Of a stretch of 64,000 nt of DNA, positions 14,474-27,200 are shown in pieces; the first letter of the stretch is position 1; each line of letters begins with the position of its first letter. The stretch is from Eledone cirrhosa (taxonomy: Eukaryota). The notes under the pieces are model-generated. The model had not been told where the DNA came from, did not search any database, and was given only the letters and a program-made list of their open reading frames with translations. Made by a program: the position numbers and the translations under genes. Location of the stretch: NCBI GenBank assembly GCA_964016885.1, contig OZ024743.1:334428001-334492000 (forward strand). Direction: 5' to 3'.

Positions 14474-14924
14474 TCATTGATAGCATACTCCATTGTACAT
14501 GTATACTCATCTACTGACAAGTTGCAAATGTTAGAAATCAATATTTAAGGAAATAAATGCATATCAAATACTGGCGTCGATGAATTCTTTTCTTCTAAAA
14601 CGTTGTGATCTACTGGCATGGCAATAAATTAGTAGTTTAGTTGAAATTCCACCTAACTAAAATTTGCCTTATATCCTTTCGGTGTCAATAAAATATAGTG
14701 TCTGTATAGTAAAGGGATCAATTTATTCAGCTATGCTCTGTTCCGAAGTGTGTGGCCTTTTGACCATTTTAATGTTAGTCGGATTCGTGTTTTGTATATT
14801 TAGTGTTAATAAGTATTCAGAACAAAGGTTATAGACACTAGCAATGACGTAATGAAATAGACAGAGAAGTAAAGCGTTTATTGCTAATGTAAGATGATAT
14901 GGCGTATATCGATCGATCGAGAAA

Positions 14925-15240
14925 CCTCCTTCGACGAGGTATGTTCAAGTTGTTCGATCAACGGAAAATGCTGCTCATAAAAGTAACGCGTTAGTGACTG
15001 AGAATTTCCTATAGACATATAACCATCACATACTTCTGGCAGACATACTGTGTAGTTTGTGAGAAGGTAAAGGTACAGTTCATCCGATCCGCTTCCAACA
15101 GTTTCTGTCTACACAATATCAATCACAAGGCAGGGGGCATTCCAAGGCCATGGTATATGGCATCCAAGATGCTGCGCATTGGAATCGAACCACCCTGGAC
15201 CTAATGATTGCAAAGCAAACTCCTTAACCTACGGCCATGC
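14925..15240 (-). mobile_element. Diverged CORE-type SINE
   Basis: Similar to 22660-23000 and 57470-57950. GGAATCGAACC B box reads on the minus strand. Confidence 0.55.
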
Positions 15241-15891
15241 TGCAGCCAAAGATTTATATTGACACTTATTGTAAGCTGCTAGTTGTTATATTCATACGTA
15301 AATCATTATTGATAAAAAATCTATTGTGTTAGTTGCCAATATGATGGCAATAACATATATTAGAGAGAACATTTTGATATGTATCAATATTTCTGAATAA
15401 ATAGTACGGTGAATGATTTCATATATATGATGCAACAACGTTCCTAAACCTTATAAATACATTCTATATTGTCTGACGCTCTTTATCAATTGAAATTATT
15501 CAATGAATATCTTGTATTATATGTATATAGGCTTGAATATAGTATACAATATTAGTTTTAATGCTGCATCCAATTGTAAAGAAATAAAAAAACGTACACA
15601 GAAAGAAAATACAAAGGACGAAAGAGAAAAATGTAAGATAAAATCTAAAGGAAATAGAGGTTAGTTTATTTATACTTACAATGAACGCAATCCGGATAAA
15701 CCAACAAAAGTTTCATTTTCTATTTGTGTCAATTGGTTGTCAGCCAAATTCCTGAAAAATCAAAATAAACGAGAATAAACATGTTATATTTTGTTATTTT
15801 GTTATTGTTAACTTCCTGGTTTGGAATGATAGCTTCTTATTGCCTAGATGTCCATCAACGAATGCGTTAGTATTTATGTTCGAACCCATTT

Positions 15892-16828
15892 CATCATCCG
15901 GTAACCTCAGCCGAAATCGACTGAAGAATTGATCCTCCACGTGGGTCTGTCGTTCATTGTCGTTGCCAAGTCCTGGATTCCAATAACAGAATCTCTGGAG
16001 ATGACATCGGCATAGGAGAGCTTGCGCCCCCTGTTATTAGTAACTGCTTGTGATTTCCAAAGCACTAAAGGTGACACAGTCTCAGAGGTGGCACGATGGC
16101 AATGGGCAGCAAATCTTACTCTTCTTTTACATACAACTGACAGATAAGTGCGGGAGGCCAGCATATATTTCTTTCAAAGTTACCCCTGATGGCCCAACAG
16201 AGGTCTTTGAAATCTCGGCAGGAGTGCTGCAGGATGACACTCTTACTCCATTTAACTTTATCATTGTACTAGACTACGCTCTGAGACACTCACTTGACAA
16301 AATCAATAATAGAGGTATAACCATCAAACCCCGCATGAACTCTAGTTACCCCTCTAAAAATCTCACTGACCTTGACTTTGCAGATGACATTGCGCTTCTT
16401 GCAGATTGCTTAGAAAATGTGCAACAACTTTTGACATCTCTCCAGGACGCAGCCACCATTGCTGGCCTACATCTCAACGAAGGTAAAACAGAGTATCTAT
16501 CAAACTGTATAAGACCAACATCAAAACAATCAACGGCAGTGAGGATTTTAAGTATCTTGGGTCCTGGATCATGGACTCTGCGAAGGATTTTGCCATCAGA
16601 AAGGCCCAAGCACGGTCAGCTTGCAACAAGATAGATTGAGTTTGGCGCTCAAATCTTTCCATCCACACCAACATCAGACTCTTCCAAGTAACAATTCAAC
16701 CAATCTTACTATATGGAAGTGAAACATGCACGCTTTCATCCAAAAAACAAAAGCGCCTTGATGGCACTTACACTCGCCTACTTTCACGCATTCAGAACAT
16801 AAGCTAGCGACATCCGAATTTGAAAGAA
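15892..16828 (-). mobile_element. 5'-truncated, 5'-inverted RTE-type LINE with 11-bp TSD
   Basis: 3' piece on minus (RRVRFAAHC...MNDRPTW, GATGATGA tail). RT piece on plus (GVLQDDTL..F, DLDFADDIALL, FKYLGS). CGAACCCATTT at both 15881-15891 and 16829-16839. Confidence 0.85.
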
Positions 16829-17695
16829 CGAACCCATTTAGTGTGGGTGTCGGACTCCACCAAGGGCGCATATTGTTCATAATCTTCAAGAACTGGACTG
16901 ATATGCGCAGAAGGGTTTGGAGGGGTATCAAGACTAGCGGGCGTAGGATCAGTCGGCTGGAATTTGCGTACGATATAGTCCTATCTATTCCGTTGGAAAC
17001 TAATCTCCGACATGCACTGGATAGATTCGATGCCGAGTACTGCATGGCAGGAATGAAAATCAGTGTTGCGAAGACTGAAACTCTCGTCCTGTCAAGAAAG
17101 TTTGCACATCGCACTTTGTATGTGAATGGAGTTCCAGTGAAACAGGTGGAGATGTTCAAGTATCTCGGGGCCGTGTTCACGAGTGATGGAAGGCAGGTGG
17201 CTCAATTAAGTGCAAGAATTGCAGGAGCTGGTGTAGTAATGTGCTAGTCCCAGAACTCGGTCATCAGAAGTGAGGTAGATGTAAAAGCGAAATTCATTGT
17301 CTTCAATTCCGTATTCATACCAACCCTTAGCTATGACCACAAATCTTGGGTAATGACTGAAAGAATACAATCGCAAATACAAGCGGCCGAAATGGGGTTC
17401 CTCAGAAGGGTCTCTGGAGTAACGTTACTTGATCGAGTGCGTAGCTCGGATATCAGAGAGTAACTCCAGGTAGAGTCACTACTTCTCCGAATTAAGAGAT
17501 CACAGCGCCAATATTACTGACATCTTGTTAGAATGTCTCAGGAAAGAATCACTGGTCAGATTTTATGGGCAAAACCAAATGACAAGAGCCGCAGGGTTAG
17601 GCCCTGAGCAATATCGTTAGATAACATCCATGAACTTGGCTCGTCTAGCTTGGGGATCCAGCCGGATCAATTGAAGACGGTTGTTTCTGAAAGAT
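16829..17695 (+). mobile_element. RTE (Rex3/Expander-like) LINE 3' half, degenerate
   Basis: PFSVGVGLHQG...LEFAYDIVL...GMKISVAKTE...FKYLGAVFTSDG...QAAEMGFLRRV. Confidence 0.8.
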
Positions 17696-18261
17696 CTGCA
17701 CCGAAAAAATAGATATCCAATAACTGCGAAAACCAAAACAAAATTACTTCAGATACACCCAATACACTACCTTTCATCATAACACACAAACCAAGAAATT
17801 TCAGAGGTATACAACACTACTCCTAAAAACTTTACACTACTGAGATAAGACCCAAAAATTTAAAAGCACTCAAAAAAAAAAAAAAAAAAAAAATGTCCCT
17901 TAAAAAAACAATTCACTAGTGTCAAGTTGGCATTGGTATATGACAGAAATGGTGTATGACAATACATTTTTTATTTGTTTGTACGTCTTATTTTTCTTTC
18001 GTTGGTTTTTGAGATTCCTCTTCAGTGGGATATGAGTTACCTGTGCCTCATAAATGTGTTTTCGATGGCGGAGTAATTGTGTTTGTTTGAGTGTTAATGT
18101 TTGGGTTTCCATTTTGTTTGGATTTATGTGGAGGAAACCAGCTCCCTAAGAAGATGATTGGTTTAGCCACAAAACAATATGTAATGTTCTGACAAAAATA
18201 TTTTAGAAACACTTAAACAAAAAGTAAACTTACTCCGCCAATCTGTACCACGTCTATAGAG

Positions 18262-18672
18262 ACTCAATAATAATTGTTTCTACTTTTGGCACAAGGCCAG
18301 CAATTATCCCAGTACATTACTGGTACTTTATTTTATCGACCCCGTAAGGACGAAAGGCAAAGTTAACCTCGACGGTATTTGAACTCGGACCGTAATGGGA
18401 CATAACTATGCTAGAAAGCATGGCGTCCAAACCTCGACTGATACTGCCAATTCACGCTCAATAATAATGATTTAGCAGACGGGCCAAGAATTTTCGGGGA
18501 GGGGAAAGTTAATTAAATCAACCTAGTGCATTACTGGTACTTTATTTTATCGACCCCGTAAGGATGAAAGGCAAAGATAACCTCAGCGGGATTTGAACAC
18601 AGAAGGTTAAGGGCCGTAACTCTATGCTACAAAGCATGGTGTCCGACGCTCTACCGTTACTACCACCGCCCA
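18262..18672 (-). mobile_element. Two head-to-tail Meta-like SINE copies
   Basis: Consensus match. The first copy is flanked by a CTCAATAATAAT duplication. Confidence 0.85.
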
Positions 18673-18829
18673 AGAGAGATAATGAAATAAAAACATTTAC
18701 TCACAAGGACTGCAATCTCCAAAGGTCGGCGAAAGAATCAGGAGGAATCATAGATAATGAATTATTACTTATATCTCTGTCAAAAGTAAAGAAGAAATGT
18801 TATCAGCTTTTCAATAGTATGTAGTAGTA

Positions 18830-19141
18830 GTGGTACTCTGTCGGTTACGACGACGAGTAGTCCTGTTGATGCGATCAAGGGATCAGTCTGCTCGTGAAAT
18901 TAATGTGCAAGTGACTGAGCATTCCACAAGCATGCGTACCATTTAACGTAGTTCTCAGGGAGATTCATCGTGATACAGAATGTGACAAAGGCTGGCCCTT
19001 CGAATTACAGGTACAACTCATTTTTGCCAGCTGAGTGAAAGGAAGTGTCTTGCTCAAGGACACAGCGCGTTGCCAGGAATCGAACTCACTACCTTACGAT
19101 TGTGGGCCGAATACCCTAACCACAAAGACACGCGCCTTCAC
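18830..19141 (-). mobile_element. Full-length CORE-type tRNA SINE
   Basis: Minus strand: GTGAAGGCGCGTG..TGTGGTTAGGG (A box), GAGTTCGATTCC (B box), GTGTCCTTGAGCAAGACACTT core and (CTA)n tail. Confidence 0.85.
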
Positions 19142-19314
19142 GCAATAGTATGTAGTATAAGTAAAATTGCCACGACTACTAAGTTCCAAAACTAAGTACC
19201 TGTAATTCAAAGAGCCAGCCTTGCTATGCACTGTGTTTTCTCAATCTCTTTGAAAACTACGTTAAGGGTACACACGTTTGTGGAATGTTCAGCCACTGGA
19301 ATGGACAGAAGTCC

Positions 19315-19518
<204 letters not shown>

Positions 19519-19525
19519 AATATAT

Positions 19526-19651
19526 ATATTCATCTTATTAAGGCTAAGTAGTGAGTCTTATTACTATGGTGTTTCGCCTTATAGCCCTGTGATAAACAGG
19601 CGAAACTCTAGAGTATCAAGACTCACTACTTAGCTTTAATAAAATGAATAT
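19526..19651. repeat. Fold-back inverted repeat containing a 3' half-hammerhead
   Basis: Arms ATATTCATCTTATTAAGGCTAAGTAGTGAGTCTT...GTTTCGCCT and AGGCGAAAC...AAGACTCACTACTTAGCTTTAATAAAATGAATAT. Contains GAA-ACTCTAGAGT-A. Confidence 0.8.
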
Positions 19652-20375
19652 TAGAATTCTACTTCAGTATTGAATACTCTCTCAACCGTCAAGCACACAA
19701 CCACACACACACACACATATATATATGTATTGAAATACACTACGTTTCGTCTCGATTAGAGACAACATTCTTTTAAATGTATATATAAATAAATATATAT
19801 ATTGCATTAGTACTAATAAATGTTAAATGAAAGTTTATGTTCTTGAAAAAAGAAATCAATGCGTGTAGAATAAAATTACTGACATTTTCTTTAAAATTTC
19901 GGTTAATAAAATCGAATTTATTCCGACAAGCGTTGTTCATAATTTAACAAATAAATGGCAAATTGTTTAAATTGCCATATAATTTCATATCATCTTTCAA
20001 CTTAAATTAGTTGCGCTGTTGAGTTGAAATTTACGAATTGTTTAACAGAATAAAATATAATCAAATATAATTATGAAATGAAGAATACAAAAATAATGAT
20101 TTAATGAAAATATTAATATAAAATATTTCACAATACTTACAATATGGTTAGATCATATAACTTAAATGTATCAGCTGAGAGTGTGTAGTTTAGAAAGTTC
20201 CCTGCCAGGTAACTAAACAAATTTAAAAGTGAAATATGAATAAATTAGTATTGTTGGTAACGAATGTATTGTTCAACAGAATTATAGAATAACGAAAGTA
20301 TTTAAATGAAAATAGTAATAGATAATTGATATAACAATAAAGAAGAGGGTAAAAAGGGATAAAAAGTGAGGTCAA

Positions 20376-20597
20376 ATAATTGTTTCTACATCTAGCACAA
20401 GGCCAGCAATTTGAAGGGGAAGGGAAAGTCGATTAAATTGACCCCATTGTGTTATGGGGCTTTATTTTATCGATCCCGTAAGGATGAAAGGGAAAGCTAA
20501 TCTCGACGGGATTTGAACTCAGAACGTAAATAACCGTTACTCTATGTTGTAAAGCATATTGTCTGACGCTCTACCGATACTGCCAATCCACCGCCCT
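20376..20597 (-). mobile_element. Full-length Meta-like SINE
   Basis: Consensus match, flanked by an AGTGAGGT.A.ATAAT duplication. Confidence 0.85.
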
Positions 20598-20788
20598 AGT
20601 GAGGTTAGATAATGAAAAAAAGGGGGAAGGAGAAGCGGCGGCGGTGGCGGAGTGGGGACACATTCTAGAATCTGGCTAGGCGGTTTAGCTCAGTTATGCT
20701 TTGCGGATAAGATGACGAAGGCATTTCCGCACAGAAGAACCAGCGAAACCCGCTGCATCATCCATTACACATCATGGGTATCTTACCT

Positions 20789-21215
20789 ATTTAAGTACTT
20801 GGTTCGCCAGTCTCTCCGGGGGAAGTCTCAAAGCGTGTCCAAACCAGCCCAGGCGTCGCTTGCAGATGGTAGAAGAGACTAGCTGCTGGTTGGTGCGGTT
20901 CCTGACTTCCTTGTTTGTTACATGGTCACTCCATTTAATCCCCAGGATCTTTCGCAGACACCTGGAATCGAATGCGTCCAACGTCTTCTCTTGGCTGGTC
21001 TTAAGGTGCCATGTTTCACTTCCGTACTTAAATGGAGCCCGCAGGGAAGCAGGCAGAGAAGGAGACCCAAAATAAACTGGCGCCAGACGGTTGAGAGGGA
21101 CCTGTGAGCGACAGACAGACAATGGCGGGACGCTGTGCAACTGGCTGCTGACCGAACGCGATGGAACACTATGATTGCCTCATGCGTCGCAAGACGCGGG
21201 AGCTTCTGAGTCTGA
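20789..21215 (+). mobile_element. 5'-truncated, 5'-inverted RTE LINE with 11-bp TSD
   Basis: Minus piece YGSETW...LGWFGHALRLPPERLANQVLK. Plus piece VLKWSPQGSRQRRRPKINWRQTVERDL...DRTRW with (TCTGAG)2 tail. GTATCTTACCT at 20778-20788 and 21216-21226. Confidence 0.9.
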
Positions 21216-21269
21216 GTATCTTACCTCAGGTTGGATGCAGCATAGCAGTCAGGGACCAAGGACACCGAA

Positions 21270-21520
21270 GGCGGCGGGTTGGAAGAGTCGTTAGAATGTC
21301 AGATAGAATGCTTCGCCCTATTTGTTTCGGTTCTCTGCTCTCTGAGTTCAAATCCCACCGTTGTCAACGTTGTCTTTCATCCTTTCGAGGTCTATAAACA
21401 GAGTACCAGTCTAATACTGGGGTTGATTATTCCTCTATATCTCTTTCACCCTTCCCCTCTCTCTCACTTTCTATCCTACTTTGGAAGAAATTTGCTGTAC
21501 TCAGATGAAAGAAGAAACTA
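21270..21520 (+). mobile_element. Meta-like SINE, long-tail subfamily
   Basis: Homologous to 68-350. Confidence 0.75.
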
Positions 21521-22067
21521 ATAGGATTAATCCTAATTCTAAGCATGTAGAAGGACTGAGGGGAACCACGGGATGAATTTTATTTACGATACTAAATATA
21601 TGTTTATTAAGCATATGCATATAATACTGCATAGCTATTGATTCATACCCACGATGTGTTTTCACTTTAGTCATTAATGTTCAGCCAGTAATATTATACC
21701 ATTCAGGTGAGGTTAGACTTCTGCCTATACTAATACAATGTAACTCAGTATAACCTCTTTCATGGTCAGTAACTAAACCGGTTCCCTCGTCAGACCCTAG
21801 TCTGGTGAGGAGAGCAAGTGGAAGCTCAGCAGCACAAAAAAAACAAGGGCTGTGAAAAAAGAGGCAGATGAAGTTCTCAGAAAAAACGGCCATCCACCCC
21901 CCAACTATGGGCTAAATAGTCTCACCAACCCGCAATTGACTAAGAGTGGTGAGTACGGCTACACCCTTGACATGACCAAAACCAAACAGAAAGCAGTGGA
22001 GGTAAAACGGGAGGGCTTCATCCAATATGAGTGAGAAGACCCTGATTTAGATTGGATGTGAATGAAA

Positions 22068-22522
22068 TTACAAAACGCCAACACACACACTTACAAACAC
22101 CAGCACACACACTCACAAATACCAGCACACACACTCAGAAACACCAGCACACACACTCACAGACACCAGCACACACACTCACAAACGCCAAAACACACAC
22201 AATCACAAACGCCAGCACACACTCACAAACACCAGCACACACTCTCACAAACGCCAGCACACACACACTCACAAACACCAGTACACACACTCACAAACGC
22301 CAGCACACACTCACAAACGCCAGCACCTCACAAACACCAGTACACACTCACAAACACCAGCACACACACTCACAAACGCCAACACACACTCACAAACGCC
22401 AGCACACACACTCACAAACACCAGCACACACACTCACAAACACCAGCATACACTTACAAACACCAGCACACACTCTCACAAACGCCAGCACACACACTCA
22501 CAAACACCAGCACACACACACA
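22068..22522. repeat. About 20-bp minisatellite (CACACACTCACAAAC[A/G]CCAG)n
   Basis: Direct reading. Confidence 0.9.
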
Positions 22523-22659
22523 TGAATGAATATACATATGGTTCATTCTAAGCCTTCCCGAATAAAATACTTATCTGGGAATTGGCACAAATACGGGCAT
22601 AATTCATGTCTGACCAGCTTTGCTCCTTACCTTATGGAAATGTACTTAGACGTTTATGT

Positions 22660-23305
22660 GCAGTGGACTAGGATGGACATCCGTCGGTTTCGACGTGGAG
22701 TGTTCCCCTTGTTTGATCAATGATACAAACTTCTCATGAAGTAAACATGACAGTTGCTGAACATTTGAGAGACACATTTGCCATTCACGTTATTCTCAGG
22801 ATGGCACAGCATGACAGTGTGAGACAAGTCATTTGAAGTATAGCTGCAATCCATCTAACGGGCTTCCATATAGTTTCTATCTACACAATTTCATTTACAA
22901 GGCATGAGTCGACCCGAGGCTGTAGTAAATGACAAATACCTAAGATGCCACGTTGAACTTGGGAACTAATGATTCTGAAGTGAACTTTTCAACAAATCAG
23001 CCAAGAGTGTTTACGTATACTGTACTTTATATAACATGATTCTCTGCTCTCTGAGTTCAAATCCCACCCAGGTCAACATTGCTTTTCGTCCTTTCGAGGT
23101 CGATAAAAAAATGTATCAGTTTAGTACTGCGGTAGATTCTTCCTGTATATATCTTTCTTACTGCTTCTCTCGCTCACTTTCTATCCTTCTCTGGAAGAAA
23201 GCTGCTGTACTCAGGCTTGGAGAGGGATGGGCTACGCCAGGCTTTAAAAATGCCCAAGAAACGCCGTGTGCCACTACGGGTCCATCAGGAGTTACAGGAC
23301 CATGT
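22660..23305. mobile_element. Diverged CORE-type SINE (-) followed by Meta-like SINE (+)
   Basis: 22660-23000 resembles 57470-57950. 23040-23305 resembles 68-350. Confidence 0.6.
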
Positions 23306-23925
23306 AATACGATACATTATAGCATGCAATAACTGTGGGTATTTTTAGGTCAGAAAGAAAGTACTGTTTGCAAAGTGCACACAAATGACAAGGAAAATAT
23401 TGATATCAATTCTTTTCAGTTAAAAAGAACATAGACAGAATAAAATCACTACAAGTCATTCAACGAAATATTTAAAAGATGCCATCCTTATCAATAAATT
23501 ATATCTCTCTATCACAAAACACGACTAAACTTCGCATACTGTACACCACTTCCATTACTACACACGTATGCAGATCACAACGATGCTTATTCTTTTTTTT
23601 CTCTCTTTTGATAAAAAACATTTCAAACAGACTTGATAAGTTTATTGTGTAAATCGATACTTCTTAATCTTATTGGCCCATGCTTCACCACGACACTGAA
23701 ATATTGATGCTTTCTTAGGTTCAGATTCACTGGTGCCACAAGCACTTTTTATTTCCGTACATTGGTATCACCTCTTATCAACTTGCAGCGTAGTGAATTT
23801 AAAAAACAAAAACAATAGAATACAAGTATATATATATGAATTTATTATGGCTAAGTAGTGAGTCCGGTTCATCTGGAGTTACACCTGCATACATGTAGGA
23901 TTATGAAGCAAGACAAAAAAAAAAA

Positions 23926-24286
<361 letters not shown>

Positions 24287-27200
24287 TCTTTTATACTCTT
24301 TTACCTGTTTCAGCCATCCGGCTGAGGCCATGCTGGGGCACCGCCCTTGTTGCTACACATTTTATCTCCAGCCTGTATAGGTTGGCCACTGGTGTAAGAG
24401 GGAGTTTGTTCCTGCCCCCCTTAGGTTTCCCTCGTGTCTTGCTGTGGGCTCATCCGGGATCCTGGATAACAAGATGTCGAGATGTTTCTTGAAGACATCC
24501 ACCTCCACGTCATGCAAATCTCTCAGATCCCTCGGCAGCTTGTTGAAGAGTTGAGGGCCTTTGAATCCCAGGCTATTGCAATACCTGCTCCTTATTCTAG
24601 ATGTGGAAGACGGGACCTTTGGCACCACACAGTGACGTCCTGTTCGACGGTTGGTTCAGCTCCCAATGCCAAAGTTTGGTGCTAGTCCCTCCAGGATTTT
24701 CCACATGTAGATCACTGCGTATCTCTCCCGTCTTCGTTCCAAGGAGTAGAGGTTTAGTTCCTTTAGCCTCTCCCAGTAGCTTGTCTCCATCGTGGCAATC
24801 CTCTTGGTGTAACTTCACTGGATTGCCTCAAGCTCTGTGGTTAGTTTGACACTATGGGGTGACCACAACTGGGAGCAGTAGTCCAGGCGGCTTAGGACAC
24901 ATGTCCTCCATAGTGTCAACATGGTGTCTCGATCTCTTATCCGGAAAGTCCTCAAGATCCAGCCAGCGAATCGTCTGCACATTGTCGCCACTTTCATGAT
25001 GTGTGAAGAAAAAGATGCATCATCGCTCATGTCTATGCCCAGGTCTCGTATCGATTTTGACACGGGGATATCGGTTCCTCCTGGTCCTGTGTAGTTGTGT
25101 TCCACTATATTTGTGTTTGCAGGTTTGCTTAGAGGTTTGTATTGTAGGGCTTGGAATTTGCCAGCATTAAACTGCATGTTGTTTTCTTCCGCCCATTTGT
25201 ATATGGCATCCAGATCTTGCTGTAAAAGGGCAGCGTCAGCCGGGTTTTTGATTGCCTGTGCTACCTTAGTGTCATCAGCATAGCTAGTGAGGGATGTTGT
25301 TGTATGTACTACAGAGGGCATGTCTGAGAGAGCCACCAAAAACAGTAGTGGTCCCAGGACTGTCCCCTGGGGCACCCCACTTGTTATTGGTGTTTCCTTT
25401 GAGAGGGCCCCATTTGCTGCGACTGCCTGGCTTCTGTCCCTTAGGAAGCCATGCAGCCACTCACCTACTTTTCCAGTTATGCCGAGTCCGTGTAGTTTGT
25501 GACATATCACTCCGTGGTCGACCTTGTCAAAGGCCTTCGCAAAGTCAAGATATATCACGTCCACATGTGAGTTGTCTAGTAGTTGTCTCAGTACCCAGTC
25601 GTAGTGATGTAGCAGCTGTGTAAGGCAGCTTCTTCCTGGGCGGAAGCCATGTTGCGTGCTAATCAGGCGGTCATTTTCCTTGAGGAAAGTGATTAGTTTC
25701 CTTCTGACGACTCGCTCCATGACCTTACTGATATGCGACGTCAGGGAGACTGGCCTATAGTTTTTGGCCTCCGCTCTGCTACCTCCTTTATGGATAGGGC
25801 ATATTGTGCCTTCTTTCAGCTCCCTGGGTAGTACACCGGTAGCCAAGGAGCTTCTGAAGAGCATCTTCAGTGGAGTTGCTAAGGCCCGCTTACATATTTT
25901 TAAGAGAACTGCTGGGAATCCATCAGTCCAGCAGCCGAGTTTGTTCTAATTTCATCAATAGCGTACACCACATCCTCCTCCGTTGATGGTTGCCATTTCT
26001 TCATGTAGTGTTGTGGCATCAAAGAACTCCTCTGGTTTCGTTATTTGCATTATGTCTATGTGGTTGATGGTTGCCATTTCTTCATGTAGTGTTGTGGCAT
26101 CAAAGAACTCCTCTGGTTTCGTTATTTGCATTATGTCTATGTGGTTGATGGTTGCCATTTCTTCATGTAGTGTTGTGGCATCAAAGAACTCCTCTGGCTT
26201 CGTTATTTGCATGTGCCTCAGTGGACATGTGAACACACATTTGTACTGTTCGTTCAGTATTTCACACATCTCTTGGGGTTTTCGGTTAATGAACCGTCCG
26301 TATGGAAGAGTGGCCCAATCTTGCGGTGTACTGAGGCAGTTTCTTTTGCAAATCTAAAGAAGGCCTTAGGGTTTGTTTTAATGTTTTCTATGGCCCTGTT
26401 CTCTTTCTTTGCCCTCTCATTCTCATTGGAAAGCTTGAGTGCAATCTCGGTGCCAAGTAATGCACATTTCAAATAGGATTCGTTCTTGTTTTTGTTTTGT
26501 TGACTATTCAACTGGTTTGAGAGTTTGGTTCTACGTCTCATAAGGATTTTCCTATCTCTGGGAATAAGTTTTTGTGTCTGTTTGCCACTTTCTCCGGGAC
26601 AAACCTTTTGCATATAGTGTGTATCGTTGTCATGAAGTGTTGAAATTGTGTGTTAGTGTCTTGTGTGGCGGTGTTTTCACTCCATGTTTGCTTCCGGATT
26701 TCTCTCTTAATCTTTTTCCAGTTAGCCTTGTAGAAGTTAAGGCTGGATAACGTCCCGGAGCTTCTTGGTGGTTTTGTCTCTGTTGGTTCTCTTGGAACAC
26801 ATATCATTAGCTCTACTAAGTTATGATCCGAGAGAATTGTTGGTGTCACCTTTACATTGTGGATGAGCACTTCGTTGTTTGTAAAACAGAGGTCCAGGAC
26901 ATTTTCGCCTCTTGTTGGGAGGAGTATTGCTTGCTCCATGAACAGCTTGTGTGTGAGGGCCAGCAGGGATTCCGTCTGTCTCTGTTCTATTGACGTCATT
27001 CCAGGGAGGAGGTGGTCCTCAGGCCATTTGACCTTTGGTAGGTTGAAGTCTCCCAGCAGTAGAATGTTGAGACCCGGGTCCAGTTTGTCAAGGACCTCTT
27101 CTATCCTACTTAGGCTATCCTCAAATTTACCCTCATGACTTGAGGCATCGGGCGGCCGATATGTGACACATATTATTGTCTGTAGTTGCTTCATATGTAC

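Noticed and set aside
18830-19141. tRNA gene
   Set aside because: The A and B boxes belong to a SINE head. There is no complete cloverleaf and the body is repeated.
19735-19775. Minus-strand GUCUC/GAGAC-GAAA hairpin
   Set aside because: There is no CUGAnGA core or valid cleavage triplet, so it is too decayed to call.
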